In this document: positions 11,307 through 23,968 of the stretch, piece after piece
Numbering within the stretch: the stretch's first letter is position 1
How the letters are laid out: every line of letters starts with the position of its first letter
NCBI GenBank assembly: GCA_030390025.1
Contig: CM059432.1
Coordinates: forward strand, 29,080,001-29,144,000
Direction: 5' to 3'
From: Squalus acanthias
Taxonomy: Eukaryota
DNA length: 64,000 bases
Position numbers and translations under genes: made by a program
Notes under the pieces: model-generated
The model's database searches: none
What the model was told of the DNA's origin: nothing
Seen by the model: the letters and a program-made list of their open reading frames with translations, nothing else

Positions 11307-12430
11307 CCTAGTAAAACTGAAGTCAATGGGAATCGGGGGGAAAATGCTCCACTGGTTGGAATCATACCTAGCACAAAGGAAGATGGTTGTGGTGGTTGAA
11401 GGTCAAACATCACAGCCCCAGGTCATCGCTGCAGGCGTTCCTCAGGGCAGTGTCCTAGGCCCAACCATCTTTAGCTGCTTCATCAATGACCTTCCCTCCA
11501 ACATAAGGTCAGAAATGGGGATGTTCGCTGATGACTGCACAGTGTTCAGTACCATTCACAACCCCTCAGATAATGAAGCAGTCCAAGCCCGCTTGCAACA
11601 AGACCTGGACGACATTCAGGCTTGGGCTGATAAGTGGCAGGTAACATTCGTGCCACACAAGTGCCAGGCAATGACTATCTCCAACAAGCAAGAGTCTAAC
11701 CACCACCCCTTGACATTCAATGGCATTACCATCGCCGAATCCCCCACCATCAACATCCTGGGGGTCACCATTGACAAGAAACTTAACTGGACCAGCCACA
11801 TAAATACTGTGGCTACAAGAGCAGGTCAGAGGCTGGGTATTCTGTGGCAACTGTCTCACCCCCTGACTCCCCAAAGCTTTTCCACCATCTACATGGCACA
11901 AGTCAGGAGTGTGATGGAATACTCTCCACTTGCCCGGATGAGTGCAGCTCCAACAACACTCAAGAAGCTCGACATCATCCAGGACAAAGCAGCCCGCTTG
12001 ATTGGCACCCCATCCACCACCTTAAACATTCACTCCCTCCACCACCAGCGTACCGTGGATGCAGTGTGTACCATCTACAAGATGCACTGCAGCAACTCGC
12101 CAAGGCTTCTTCGGCAGCACCTCCTAAACCCGCGACCTCTTCCACCTAGAAGGACAAGGGCAGTAGGCGCATGGGAACACCATCACCTCCAAGTTCCCCT
12201 CCAAGCCACACACCATCCTGACTTAGAAGTTTATCGCCGTTCCTTCATCGTCGCTGGGTCAAAATCCTGGAACTCCCTCCCTAACAGCACTGTGGGAGGA
12301 CCTTCACCACACGGACTGCAGCGGTTCAAGAAGGCGGCTCACCACCACCTTCTCAAGGGCAATTAGGGATGGGCAATAAATGCTGGCCTTGCCAGCGATG
12401 CCCAGATCACATAAACGAATAATTAAAAAC
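11307..12430 (+). mobile_element. Divergent CR1-like LINE (family L-B), 5'-truncated; RT C-half ORF at 11326-12366
   Basis: 346-aa ORF with [35 protein letters not shown]; short 3' UTR with AATAAA and an A-rich tail. Confidence 0.9.
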
Positions 12431-15400
12431 ATTATTTTGTTTTATTAACTGCTTTGTTAACCTGTCCTGCCACCCTCAAAGAGTTGTGCACAAACACCCC
12501 AGGTCTCGCTGGGATCAAAGGTGGGATCCTTTTATTCTGCACCGTGCATTTAGCCACTGAGTGAACTTCGATTTGTTTGCATTCACTGGCAGAAAGGGTT
12601 AAAACCCCTATTGTAGACTAACATGAAGTAAAGAATGAATTACATCGAAATGGGCAAGCTGCCAAGCAAGTATTTGGTCCCAAGTATTGAATTTTGTGGC
12701 ATCTATCTGTAACCAATGCATTAATAAGCATTAATGGAGTTTTGAAGTTGAATTGATTTTTCATTAATTTGGTAAAAATCTTTCCTCTAAATATAATTCT
12801 GTCTAAAATGCTAGTGGTGACAGTTCTATAAATTCTACTCTGAAGGTGATGCTAAGGGGGAGAGGGAGAGGAAGGCAGGGGAGATGCCATTTTTTCCAAG
12901 CTATTTGGAGGTGATCAGATGATTTCAGAGAGGGCAACTAGACCTATTTGGGACACTCATTTTAGAATAACTGACAACTGAATTAAGAAAAATGCACAAG
13001 ATGACTTCTCCAAGGAGACCTGTTATTGATGTAGCATCGTCAAAGGAACAAAGACCTCAAAATGTTTTTTGGGGAGGGATAGATAGTCATTAACTGGGAG
13101 CTGCACGTCAATAAGAAACTTCCAACAGACTGCCTTCAGAAAAGGATGTTTCATTAAAATAAAACAGGCAGGATGAATGGCCATTATTTGCTGCAGGAGT
13201 GGTAATCAAAATTCTTTTTTGTTAACTATATGTTTTGTTACACCCACTGTTCTCTGAAGGAGCTTTGAGATTCCGCTGATGCATTGACATTTAATTTAAT
13301 TCTTGTCAAATGAACACTTATTTTTGTCATGAAGGTACTTTAAATTTCTCCATTGAAGAAAATGTAGGCGGGTACCCAAGGGATAAGTTTAACTTACTTT
13401 TAATCATGATTTGCAGATTAGATCTAAGGCAGAGGAAACTCCTGACAGTCTTCTGCCTACACCTCTGTTCTCCCTCAGCTGCCTCTTACCCATTCTCTCC
13501 AGTTTTTAATTGTTCAGAATACATCAGAAACGTCACAAAGTCTGTCTCTGGTTTTTGACAACCTTCCAATAACCAGTTTAGCCCAGTGAACATTCTTTTT
13601 AACATTATTTAAAACCTTTTTGTTTTAAATTGTGTGCTCATCAAGGTGAGGGATATTAATGCTGGTGAATGGGACACTCTTTATTTTGAGCCTCTAATGT
13701 CTACTGCAAACACTTCCAAGCCAGATCTAAAATGGTGAAAGGGCAGGGGAACATAATTAGTCCCGGTTGAAGTGCCAACACAAGCACAATGCAATGGCTT
13801 CAATGGACTCCTACTGTGCTGCAATATAAATGTTTCTATGAAAATCGTTCAGAGGAGAGTAAATCTTCCTTAAATCTGCCTAAAAACTTGCCTCAGCAAC
13901 ATCCAGGGAACAGTGCCCCCAATTCCATTAGCTTTTCTATTTCCCATAATACCCATTTTCTTTAAATGAGACTGTTAATTCAGTGTCAGTTAGGATGGGC
14001 TTTTTGGTCTGATAAGCAGATTATCTCTTACAGCCTGGCCACGTAAAGTGACAGGGCATATTAGGATATCAGTGTTTGAGAGTCCTTTCACCTCTTGTGA
14101 TCTTTCAATCCCATTTTCACTCTCTGCCATTGTTAATGTATGTTCCCTGCACCCTTATCCCAGGCTCCTTGCTTCCAGGCCTTCCTGTACTACCTGTACT
14201 ACATCCCCACGGCCGCAGACGTGATTCCAGGATGGTATGTTGCCTCCCTGGTGCCAGGGTCAAAGATGTCACTGAGTGGCTGCAGAACATTCTGAGTGGG
14301 GACGGTGAACAGCCAGAGGTTGTGGTCCATATCGGTACCAAAGACATAGGCAGAAAAAGGGATGAGATCCTGCAGGCAGATTTTAGGGAGCTAGGAAAGA
14401 GATTAAAAAGCAGGACCTCAAAGGTAGTAAGCTCTGGATTACTCCCTGTGCCATGAGCTAGAGAGTATAGAAATAGGAGGATAGAGCAGATGAATGCGTG
14501 GCTGGAGAGATGGTGCAGGAGGGAGGGCTTTAGATTCCTGGGATTTTGGGACCGGTTCTGGGGGAGGTGGGACCTGTATAGGCCAACGGGTTGCACCTCA
14601 ACAGAGCCGGAACCAATGTCCTCGCGGGGGGCTTTGCTAGTGCTGTTGGAGAGGGTTTCAACTAATTTGGCAGGGGGATGGGCACCAGGATGTAGCATTA
14701 GAAAGGAGAAACAAAGTACACAAAGGATGGGGAGAGACAGATAGCACTAGAGTAAGAAATAGTAAGGTAGTAGGTGGGGTCAGATTAAGAGAGGATACAA
14801 GAAGGTCTAAGACAAGTTTACAGTGCATGTTTGTAAATGCACGAAGCGTGGTAAATAAAGTTAATGAGCTGCAGGCGCAAATAGTCACATGGGAATATGA
14901 TGTCGAGGCGATAACGGAGACCTGGCTTATAAAAGGGTAGGATTGGGTTTTAAATATTCCTGGATATAAGATGTTCAGGAAAGATAGGGATGGAAAGAAA
15001 GGAGGTGGGGTGGCAGTATTGGTTGAGGAGAATGTTACAGTGCTGGAGAGAGAGGATGTCCAGGAGGGGCCAAGGACAGAATCTATTTGGTTGAGTTAAG
15101 AAATAATAGAGGGGCCATTACACTACTAGGTGTATTCTATAGGCCACCAACTAGTGGGAAAGATTTAGAGGAGCAAATTTGCAGGAAAATTCCAGAGAGG
15201 TGCAAGAACTATAGAGTAGTAAGAATGGGGGACTTCAATTATCTTAATATAAACTGGGATAATAATAGTGTAAAGGGCAGAGATGGGGAAGAATTTCTGA
15301 AGTGTGTTCAGGAGAACTTCCTTGATCAGTATGTTTTCGGCTCAATGAGGAAGGAGGCATTGCTGGATCTGGCTCTGGGGAATGAGGTGGGTCAAGTGGA

Positions 15401-16050
15401 GCAAGTGTCAGTAGAGGAAGATTTAGAGAACAGTGATCATAGTATCATAAGGTTTAGGTTAGCTATGGAAAAGGACAGGGAGCAAACTCAAGTAAAAATA
15501 CTTAATTGGAGGAAGGCAGATTTCAGTGGGTTGAGCACAGATCTGGCCTGGGTAAATTGGAATCAAAGTTTGGCAGGCAAAACTAATCGAACAATGGGCT
15601 GCCTTTAAAGAGGAGATAGTTTGGGTATAGTCGAGATACATTCTCACGAGGGGGAAAGTTAGGGCAACTAAAACCAGAGCTCCCCGGATGATGAAAGAGA
15701 TAGAGAGTAAGATAAAGCAGAAAAAGTGGGCGGATGACAGATGTCAGGTTGAGCATACAAGTGAGAATCAGGATGAATATAGAAAATTCAGAGGGGAAAT
15801 GAAAAAGAAAATAAGAGGGGCAAAGAGAGAATATGAGAATAGATTGGCAGCTAACATAAAAGAGAATTCAAAAGTCTTCCATAGGCATATAAATAATAAA
15901 CGGGTAGTAAGAGGTGGGGTGGGGCAGATTAGGGACCAAGAAGGAGACCTACGCATGGAGGCAGAGGGCATGGCTGACATGTGTCTTCACCAAGGAAGAA
16001 GATGCTGCCAAAGTCATAAGGAAATAAGAGGTAGTGGAGTTACTGGATGA

Positions 16051-17218
16051 GACATCAAGGCAGCATTTGACCGAGTGTGGCATCAAGGAGCCCGAGTAAA
16101 ATTGAAGTCAATGGGAATCAGGGGGAAAACTCTCCACTGGCTGGAGTCATACCTAGCACAAAGGAAGATGGTTGTGGTGGTTGAAGGCCAATCATCACAG
16201 CCCCAGGACATCGCTGCAGGAGTTCCTCAGGGCAGTGTCCAAGGCCCAACCATCTTCAGCTGCTTCATCAATGACCTTCCCGCCAACATAAGGTTAGAAA
16301 TGGGGATGTTCACTGATGACTGCACAGTGGTCAGTGCCATTCACAACTCCTCAGAAAATGAAGCAGTCCATGCCCGCATGTAACAAGACCTGGACGACGT
16401 TCAAGCTTGACCTGATAAGTGGCAGGTAACATTTGCGCCACACAAGTGCCAGGCAATGACTATCTCCAACAAGCGAGAGTCTAACCACCGCTCCTTGACA
16501 TTCAACATCATTACCATCGCTGAATCCCCCACCATCAACATCCTGGGGGTCACCATTGAAAAGAAACTTAACTGGACCAGCCACATAAATACTGTGGCTA
16601 CAAGAGCTGATCACAGGCTGGGTATTCTGTGGCGAGTGTCTCACCTGCCTGACTCCCCAAAACTTTTCCACCATCTACAAGGCACAAGTCGGGAGTGTGA
16701 TGGAATACTCTCCACTTGCCTGGATGAGTGCAGCTCCAACAACACTCAAAAAGCTTGACACCATCCAGGACAAAGCAGCCCGCTTGATTGGCACCCCATC
16801 CAACATCTTAAACATTCACTCCCTCCACCACCGGCATACCGTGGATGCAGTGTGTACCATCTACAAGATGCACTTCTGCAACTCGCCAAGGCTTCTTCAG
16901 CAGCACCTTCCAAACCCGCGACCTCTTCCACCTAGAAGGACAAGGGCAGCAGGCGCATGGGAACACCATCACCTCCAAGTTCCCCTCCAAGTCACACACC
17001 ATCCTGACTTAGAAGTATATCGCCGATCCTTCATCGTCGCTGGGTCAAAATCCTGGAACTCCCTACCTAACAGCACTGTGGGAGTACCTTCACCACACGG
17101 ACTGCAGCGGTTCAAGAAGGTGGCTCACCACCACCTTCTCAAGGGCAATTAGGGATGGGCAATAAATGCTGGCCTTGCCAGCGATGCCCACATCCCATAA
17201 AAAACAATATAAAAAAAA
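16051..17218 (+). mobile_element. LINE family L-B, second copy, decayed
   Basis: Starts DIKAAFDRVWHQG; colinear and highly similar to 11307-12430; internal stops and a frameshift; A-rich tail. Confidence 0.9.
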
Positions 17219-18208
17219 GATAAGGAGGAAGTACTAGAAAGGCTGTCTGAACTTAAAGTTGATAACTCACCAGGACCGGATGGGATGCATCCTAGGATGC
17301 TGAGGGAGTTTAAGGAAGAAATTGTGCCGATACTAGCCATAATCTTCCAATCCTCCCTACATACAGGAGTGGTGCCAGAGGACTAGAGAATTCCAAATGT
17401 TACACCCTGGTTCAAAAAAGGGTGTAAGGATAAACCCAACATCTATAGGCCAGTGAGTTTAACCTCAGTAGTGGGGAAGCTTTTGGAAATGATAATCAGG
17501 GACAAAGTTAACAGTCACTTGGACAAGTGTGGATTAATAAAGAAAGCCAGCATGGTTTTGTTAAAGGCAAGTTGTGTTTGACTAACTTGATTGAGTTTTT
17601 TGATGAGGGCAATGTGGTTGACGTGGTGTATATGGACTTCCAAAAAGGCCTTTGATAAAGTGCCACATAATAGGCTTTCCAGCAAAGTTGAAGCCCATGG
17701 AATAAAAGGGACAGTGGCAGCATGGATACGAAATTGGCTAAGTGACAGGAAACAGAGAGTAGTGGTGAACTTTTGTTTATTGGACTGGAGGAAGGTATAC
17801 AGTGGTGTTCCCCCAGGGGTCTGTACTAGGAACACTGCTTTTTTTGATATATATTAATGACTTAGACTTGAGAGTACAGAGCACAATTTCAAAATTTGCA
17901 GATGACACTAAACTTGGAGGTATAGTGAACAGTGAAGAGGATAGTGATAGACTTCAAGAAGACATAGACAGGCTGGTCAAATGGGCGAACATGTGGCAGA
18001 TGAAATTTAATGCAGAAAAGTGCGAAATGATACATTTTGGTAGGAAGAATGAGGAGAGGCAATATAAACTAAAGGGTACAATCCTAAAGGGGGTGCATGA
18101 ACAGAAAGACCTGGGGGTATATGTGCACAAATCGTTGAAGGTGGCAGGGCAGGTTGAAAAAGCAGTTAAAATGCATACAGGATACTGGGCTTCATAAATA
18201 GAGGCATA

Positions 18209-18552
18209 GGGCAGAATTTTCATTGACCCTTGGAGGTGGGTTTGGAGGCGTGTGGGGGATTAAAATTGCGAAAACTGGCGGGCGGGTGCAAGCCCGCCTC
18301 CATCCCGCCTCCACGCAATTTTCATTAAATCGTGTCTGCTGGTCCCGACTCTGTCCCGCCTCTAAGAGGCGGGATAGGCTGTTAAGGCCCTTAACAAGCA
18401 CTAAATTGCCTCTATAATGCTATTTTGAAAGGCCTTTGTGATTTTAACCCTTTTTCTACGTGAAGCACGCCTGTTCTGAACCACGAATGTGAAACCTGGC
18501 GGTAGCACATTTCGATAACTGACAATCAGGTCCACTATTACAACGGAGATAT

Positions 18553-18595
<43 letters not shown>

Positions 18596-18934
18596 GAGGA
18601 GGAGGAGAGGGAATAATAATATGTGGGAGTGGTGGTGGTACAAAAATATCTGGGAGCAGACTTAGGGCTGCTGCTGCTCATTTTGCCTCCAGGTCCTCTC
18701 ACAGCAAAGGCCAGGCAGTCTTTGCAGACCTTCAATGCAGCAGCAATGATGACATCATCAGAGGTGACTTCCAGACTGAAGACACTAATTGGTTCATGGG
18801 TTCCCACATGCTGGAACTCAATTGCCCAATTAGGTGAAAATCGCATAAATCTCCCACATCCAATTGCAGTTGGGTGGATAACACGAAAAGTGGATGACAC
18901 GACCCCAACCCGCCCCAGTATCAAAATCCAGCCC
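18209..18934. mobile_element. MITE family C (Harbinger-like), containing a (TAG)n microsatellite
   Basis: TIR GGGCAGAATTTT / AAAATCCAGCCC; TSD ATA; removal restores CR1 AGAGGCATAGAGTACAAAAGC. Confidence 0.88.
18555..18594. repeat. (TAG)n microsatellite
   Basis: About 13 perfect AGT units; source of the poly-Y and poly-L ORF artefacts. Confidence 0.95.
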
Positions 18935-19215
18935 ATAGAGTACAAAAGCAAGGAAGTTATGATGAACCTTTATAAAACACTGGTTCAGTCGAGAACCAGA
19001 GGACACAGATTCAAGGTGATTGGCAAAAGAACCAAAGGCGACATGAGGGAAACTTTTTTAAGTAGCTAGTGGTTAGAATCTGGAATGCACTGCCTGAAAG
19101 GGTGGTGGAGGCAGACTCAATTGTGGCTTTGAAAAGGCAATTGGATAAATACCTGAGGGGAAAAAATGTACAGGGCTACAGGGAAAGGGTGGGGGAGTAG
19201 CTGAACATAAAAACA

Positions 19216-21110
19216 TTCATCAGCCGCACTCACAAGACAGTCCAGAATGTCACCCGAGCACAACGCAACGCCATCCACGCTCTCAAGACCAACCGCAACA
19301 TCGTCATCAAACCAGCGGACAAAGGAGGAGCCATCGTCATACAGAACAGAATGGACTATTGCAAAGAAGCATACCGACAACTGGACAACCAGGAACACTA
19401 CAGACAGTTACCCGCAGATCCGACCAAAGAACACACCCGCCAACTCAATAGACTGATCAAGACCTTCGATCCAGACCTTCAAAGCATCCTACGCGCTCTC
19501 ATCCCACGTACTCCCCGCGTGGGAGACTTCTACTACCTCCCAAAGATACACAAAGCCAACACCCCCGGACGTCCTATCATATCAGGCAACGGAACCCTGT
19601 GTGAGAACCTCTCTGGGTACGTCGAGGGCATCCTGAAACCCATCGTACAGGGAACCCCCAGCTTCTGTTGTGACACTACAGACTTCTTACAGAAACTCAG
19701 CACCCATGGACCAGTTGAACCAGGACACTCCTCGCCACGATGGACGTATCGGCACTCTACACCAGTATCCCCCATGATGACGGCATCGCTGCAACAGCCT
19801 CAGTACTCAACACCAACAACAGCCAATCTCCAGACGCCATCCTACAACTCATCCGCTTCATCCTTGACCACAATGTCTTCACCTTCGACAACCAGTTTTT
19901 TACCCAAACACACGGAACAGCCATGGGGACCAAATTCGCATCCCAATACGCCAACATCTTCATACACAAGTTCGAGCAAGACTTCTTCGCTGCACAGGAC
20001 CTCCAACCAACGCTGTACACCAGATACATCGACGACATCTTCTTCCTTTGGACCCACGGCGAAGGATCACTGAAAGGACTACACGATAACATCAACAGGT
20101 TCCATCCCACCATCAAACTTACCATGGACTACTCCTCAGAATCGGTTTCATTCTTGGACACACGAATCTCCATCAAAGACGGACACCTCAGCACTTCACT
20201 CTACCGCAAGCCCACGGACAACCTCACGATGCTCCACTTCTCCAGCTTCCACCCTAACCACGTTAAAGAAGCCATCCCCTATGGACAAGCCCTGCGAATA
20301 CACAGGATCTGCTCAGATGAGGAGGAACGCGATGGACACCTACGGACGCTGAAAGACGCTCTCGTAAGAACGGGATATGACGCTCGACTCGTCGATCGAC
20401 AGTTCCGACGGGCTACAGCGAAAAATCACATAGACCTCCTCAGAAGGCGAACATGGGACACAACCAACAGAGTACCCTACGTCGTCCAGTACTTCCCCGG
20501 AGCGGAGAAACTACGCCATGTTCTTCGCAGCCTTCAACATGTCATCGATGACGACGAACACCTTGCTAAGGCCATCCCCACGCCTCCACTACTCACCTTC
20601 AAGCAGCCGCCTAACCTCAAAAGTACCATCGTTCGCAGCAAATTACCCAGCTGTCAGGAGAACAGCGACCACGACACCACACAACCCTGCCACGGCAACC
20701 TCTGCAAGACATGCCAGATCATCAACACAGATACCACCATCACACGTGAGGACACTACCCACCAGATACATGGTGCATACTCATGTGACTCGGCCAACGT
20801 TGTCTACCTCATACATTGCAGGAAAGAATGCACCGCTGCATGGTACATCGGCGAGACCATGCAGACACTGAGACAACGTATGAACGGACACCGCGCAACA
20901 ATCGCCAGGCAGGATTGTTACCTCCCAGTCGGGGAACACTTCAGCAGTCAAGGACATTCAGCCTCGGATCTGCGGGTTAGCGTTCTCCAAGGCGGCCTTC
21001 GAGACACACGACAACGCAAAATCATCGAGCAGAAACTGATAGCCAAGTTCCGCACCCATGAGGACGGCCTCAACTGGGATCTCGGTTTCATGTCACGCTA
21101 CAGGACGTGA
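19216..21110 (+). pseudogene. Penelope RT plus GIY-YIG endonuclease reading frame with a single frameshift near 19725
   Basis: The frame of ORF 19351 is open from 19216 and switches into ORF 19740-21110 (456 aa); no other disruption seen. Confidence 0.9.
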
Positions 21111-21463
21111 CTCGACGTCGTTGTCTGGTTCACAGATGTGATTTCCAGTTTTAAAAAAAAGTAGAAAGCTTAACTGCAGACTGCAGCATTTGACACGTTG
21201 GACCCCCTGTGACCCCACCTCATTGTCTTAGCTGTACTCTGCTGTGTCTTTGATGTAATGCCTCCCTGACGGATTGTATCTCTGCAGACACATTGTTCTC
21301 TGTCTATATATACTTTGTAACTGATTTGTATTCCCTCACTGTACCTGACGAAGGAGCAGAGCTCCGAAAGCTCATAATTTCAAATAAAACTGTTGGACTA
21401 TAACCTGGTGTTGTGCGACTTCTCATTTTTGTCCACCCCAGTCCAACACCGGCATCTCCGCAT
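19217..21463 (+). mobile_element. Penelope-like element (GIY-YIG type), 5'-truncated, with 3' terminal repeat
   Basis: IKPADKGG, YYLPKIHK...GRPIIS, MDVSALYT, GTAMG, RYIDDIF, LYRKPT, and GIY-YIG VVYLIHC...YIGET. Confidence 0.95.
21338..21378 (+). ncRNA. Minimal type I hammerhead ribozyme in the Penelope terminal repeat
   Basis: CTGACGA (21345-21351), A, stem II GGAGC/AGA/GCTCC, GAAA, palindromic AGCT, then C. Penelope-like elements are known to carry minimal hammerheads. Confidence 0.75.
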
Positions 21464-23543
21464 CATAAGAACATGAGAAAGAGGAGCAGGAGTAGGCCAT
21501 TCGGCCCCTCAAGCCTGCTCCGCCATTCAATAAGATCATGGCTGAACTGATCTTGGCCTCAACTCCACTTTCCTACCTGTCCCCATAACCCTTGACTCCC
21601 CTGTAGCTCAAATATCTGTCTATCTCCACCTTGAATATATTCAATGACTCCGCCTCCACAGCTCTCTGGGGTAGAGAATTCCAAAAATTCACGACCTTCT
21701 GAGAGAAGAAATTCCTCCTCATCTCCGTCTTAAATGGGCGACTCCTTATCCTGAACTATGCTCCCTAGTTCTAGATTCCCCCACGAGGGGAAATAGCCTC
21801 TCAGCATCTACCCTGGTCAAGCCCCCTCAAAATCTTATATGTTTCAATAAGATCACCTCTCATTCTTCTAAACTCCAATGAGTATAGGCCCAACCTGCTC
21901 AACCTTTCCTCATAAGACAACCCTTTCATCTCAGGAATCAACCTAGTGAACCTTCACTGAACTGCCTCCAATGCAAGTATATCCCTCCTTAAATAAGGAG
22001 ACCAAAACTGTACGCAGTACTCCAGGTGTGGTCTCACCCACACCCTGTATAGTTGTAGCAAGACTTCCCTACTTTTATACTTCATCCCCCTTGCAATAAA
22101 GGCCAACATTCCATTTGCCTTCCTTATTACTTGCTGTACCTGCATGCTAACTTTTGTGTTTCATGTACAAGGAGACCCAGATCCTTCTGTACCACACCAT
22201 TCTGTAGTCTCTCTCCATTTAAATAATATTTTGCTTTTCTATTCTTCCTACGAAAGTGGATAACCTCACATTTTCCCACATTATACTCCATCTGCCAATC
22301 TTTTGCCCACTCACTTAACCTATCTATATCCCTTTGCAGACTCTTTTTGTCCTCCTCACAACTTGCTTTCCCACCTATCTTTGTATCGTCAGCAAATCTG
22401 GCTACAGTGCACTCGGTCCCTTCATCCAAGTCTTTAATATAGATTGTAAATAGTTGAGACCCCAGCACTGATCCCTATGGCACCCCATTAGTTACAGTTT
22501 TCCAACCTGAAAATGACCCATTTATCCCAACTCTCTGTTTTCTGTTAGTTAACCAATCCTCTATCCATGCTAATATATTACCCCGAACACTGTGAGCTCT
22601 TATCTTGTGCAGTAACCTTTTATGTGGCACCTTATCGAATAACTTTTGGAAATCCAAATACACTACATCTACTGGTTCCCCTTGATCCACCCTACTCATT
22701 ACATCCTCAAAGAACTCTAATAAATTTGTCAAACATGATTTCCCTTTCATAAAACCATGTTGATTCTGCTTGATTGTATTATGACTTTCTAAATGTCCTG
22801 CTACTACTCCCTTAATAATGGATTCGAGCATTTTCCCAATGACAGATGTTCGGCTAACTGACCTATAGATTCCTGCTTTTTGTCTCCCTCCTTTCTTGAA
22901 CAGGGCCGTTACATTTGCGGTTTTCCAATCAGCTGGGACCTTTCCAGAATCTAGGGAATTTTGGAAGATTACAATCAATGCATCCACTATCTCTGCAGCC
23001 ACTTCTTTTAAGACCCTAGGATGCAGGCGATCAGGTCCAGGGGACTTGTCAGCCTTTAGTCCATTAGTTTGCCTAGTACTTTTTCTCTAGTAATAGTGAT
23101 TGTTTTTAATTCCTCCCTCCCTTTTTCCCCTTGATTATCTACTATTATTGGGATGCTTTTAATGTCTTCTACCGTGAAGATAGATACAAAATATTTGTTT
23201 AAAGTCTCTGACATTTCCTTGTTTTCCATTATTAATTCCCCAGTCTCATCCTCTGAGGGACCAATGTTTACTTTAGCTACTCTCTTCCTTTTACACAGTT
23301 GTAGAAGTTCTTACTGTCTGTTTTTATATTTCTTGCTAGCTTACTCTCATAATCTATTTTCACCCTCTTTATTTTTTTTTACTCATCCTTTGCTGGTTTC
23401 TAAAAATGTCCCAATCTTCTGGCCTACCACTAATCTTCGCAACATTGTATGCCTTTTCTTTCAATTTGATACCATCCTTAACTTCCTTAGTTAGCCATGG
23501 ATGGTTCATCCTTCTCGTAGAGTTTTTCTTTCTCACTGGAATA

Positions 23544-23968
23544 CAGGAAACTTTCGTTTATCCGGCATCGACGGGACCGGCGTGGTGCCGGTTTATCGAA
23601 AGTACCGGATAACAGAGAGTTATATCTACCGAGGCTATTTTTAACAAAGAGACTCCAAGCAGCACGGGAGAATCTACTCATGCTACTGCAATGTTTCGGA
23701 CTTGCGACAGCGCCAGGAGGCCAAGTAGTGGTACTTTTGAAAAGTACCCCTACTGACTAAATCGGCGTTCGCGGACTCGGACTCGGACTCGGGATCGGCA
23801 ACATTGCCGGTTATTTGAGAGGATTTTTCGGAGCACTCTGCGTTTGCGGAGACTCGACTGCGACTCGGCAACATTGCCGGTTATTTGAGAGGAGTTTTCG
23901 GAGGATGATTTTTGCCGGTTAAGCGAGAATTCCGGATATTTGAGTGCCGGATAAACGAAAGTTTCCTG
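23544..23968. mobile_element. Tc1/mariner (Tigger/pogo-like) MITE, 425 bp
   Basis: Perfect 24-bp TIR CAGGAAACTTTCGTTTATCCGGCA; TA TSD on both sides; internal direct repeat of about 37 bp. Confidence 0.92.

Larger units (their letters stand above)
9921..12511 (-). mobile_element. CR1 3' part hosting a MITE and a LINE insertion
   Basis: (ATTCTATG)n tail at 9921; ORF pieces 9905-10357; CR1 sequence resumes at 11244-11306 and 12431-12511. Confidence 0.88.

Noticed and set aside
13400..13560. Possible host exon after TTTGCAG; similar candidates at 30922-30985 and 35466-35660
   Set aside because: No recognisable protein similarity and no convincing acceptor-donor pair.
14076..14744. Esterase-like ORF as a host lipase gene
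   Set aside because: It is the SGNH esterase region of CR1 ORF1, disrupted and directly upstream of ORF2.
18401..19069. Poly-Leu and poly-Tyr ORFs suggesting a signal peptide or membrane protein
   Set aside because: Caused by a (TAG)n microsatellite inside a MITE.
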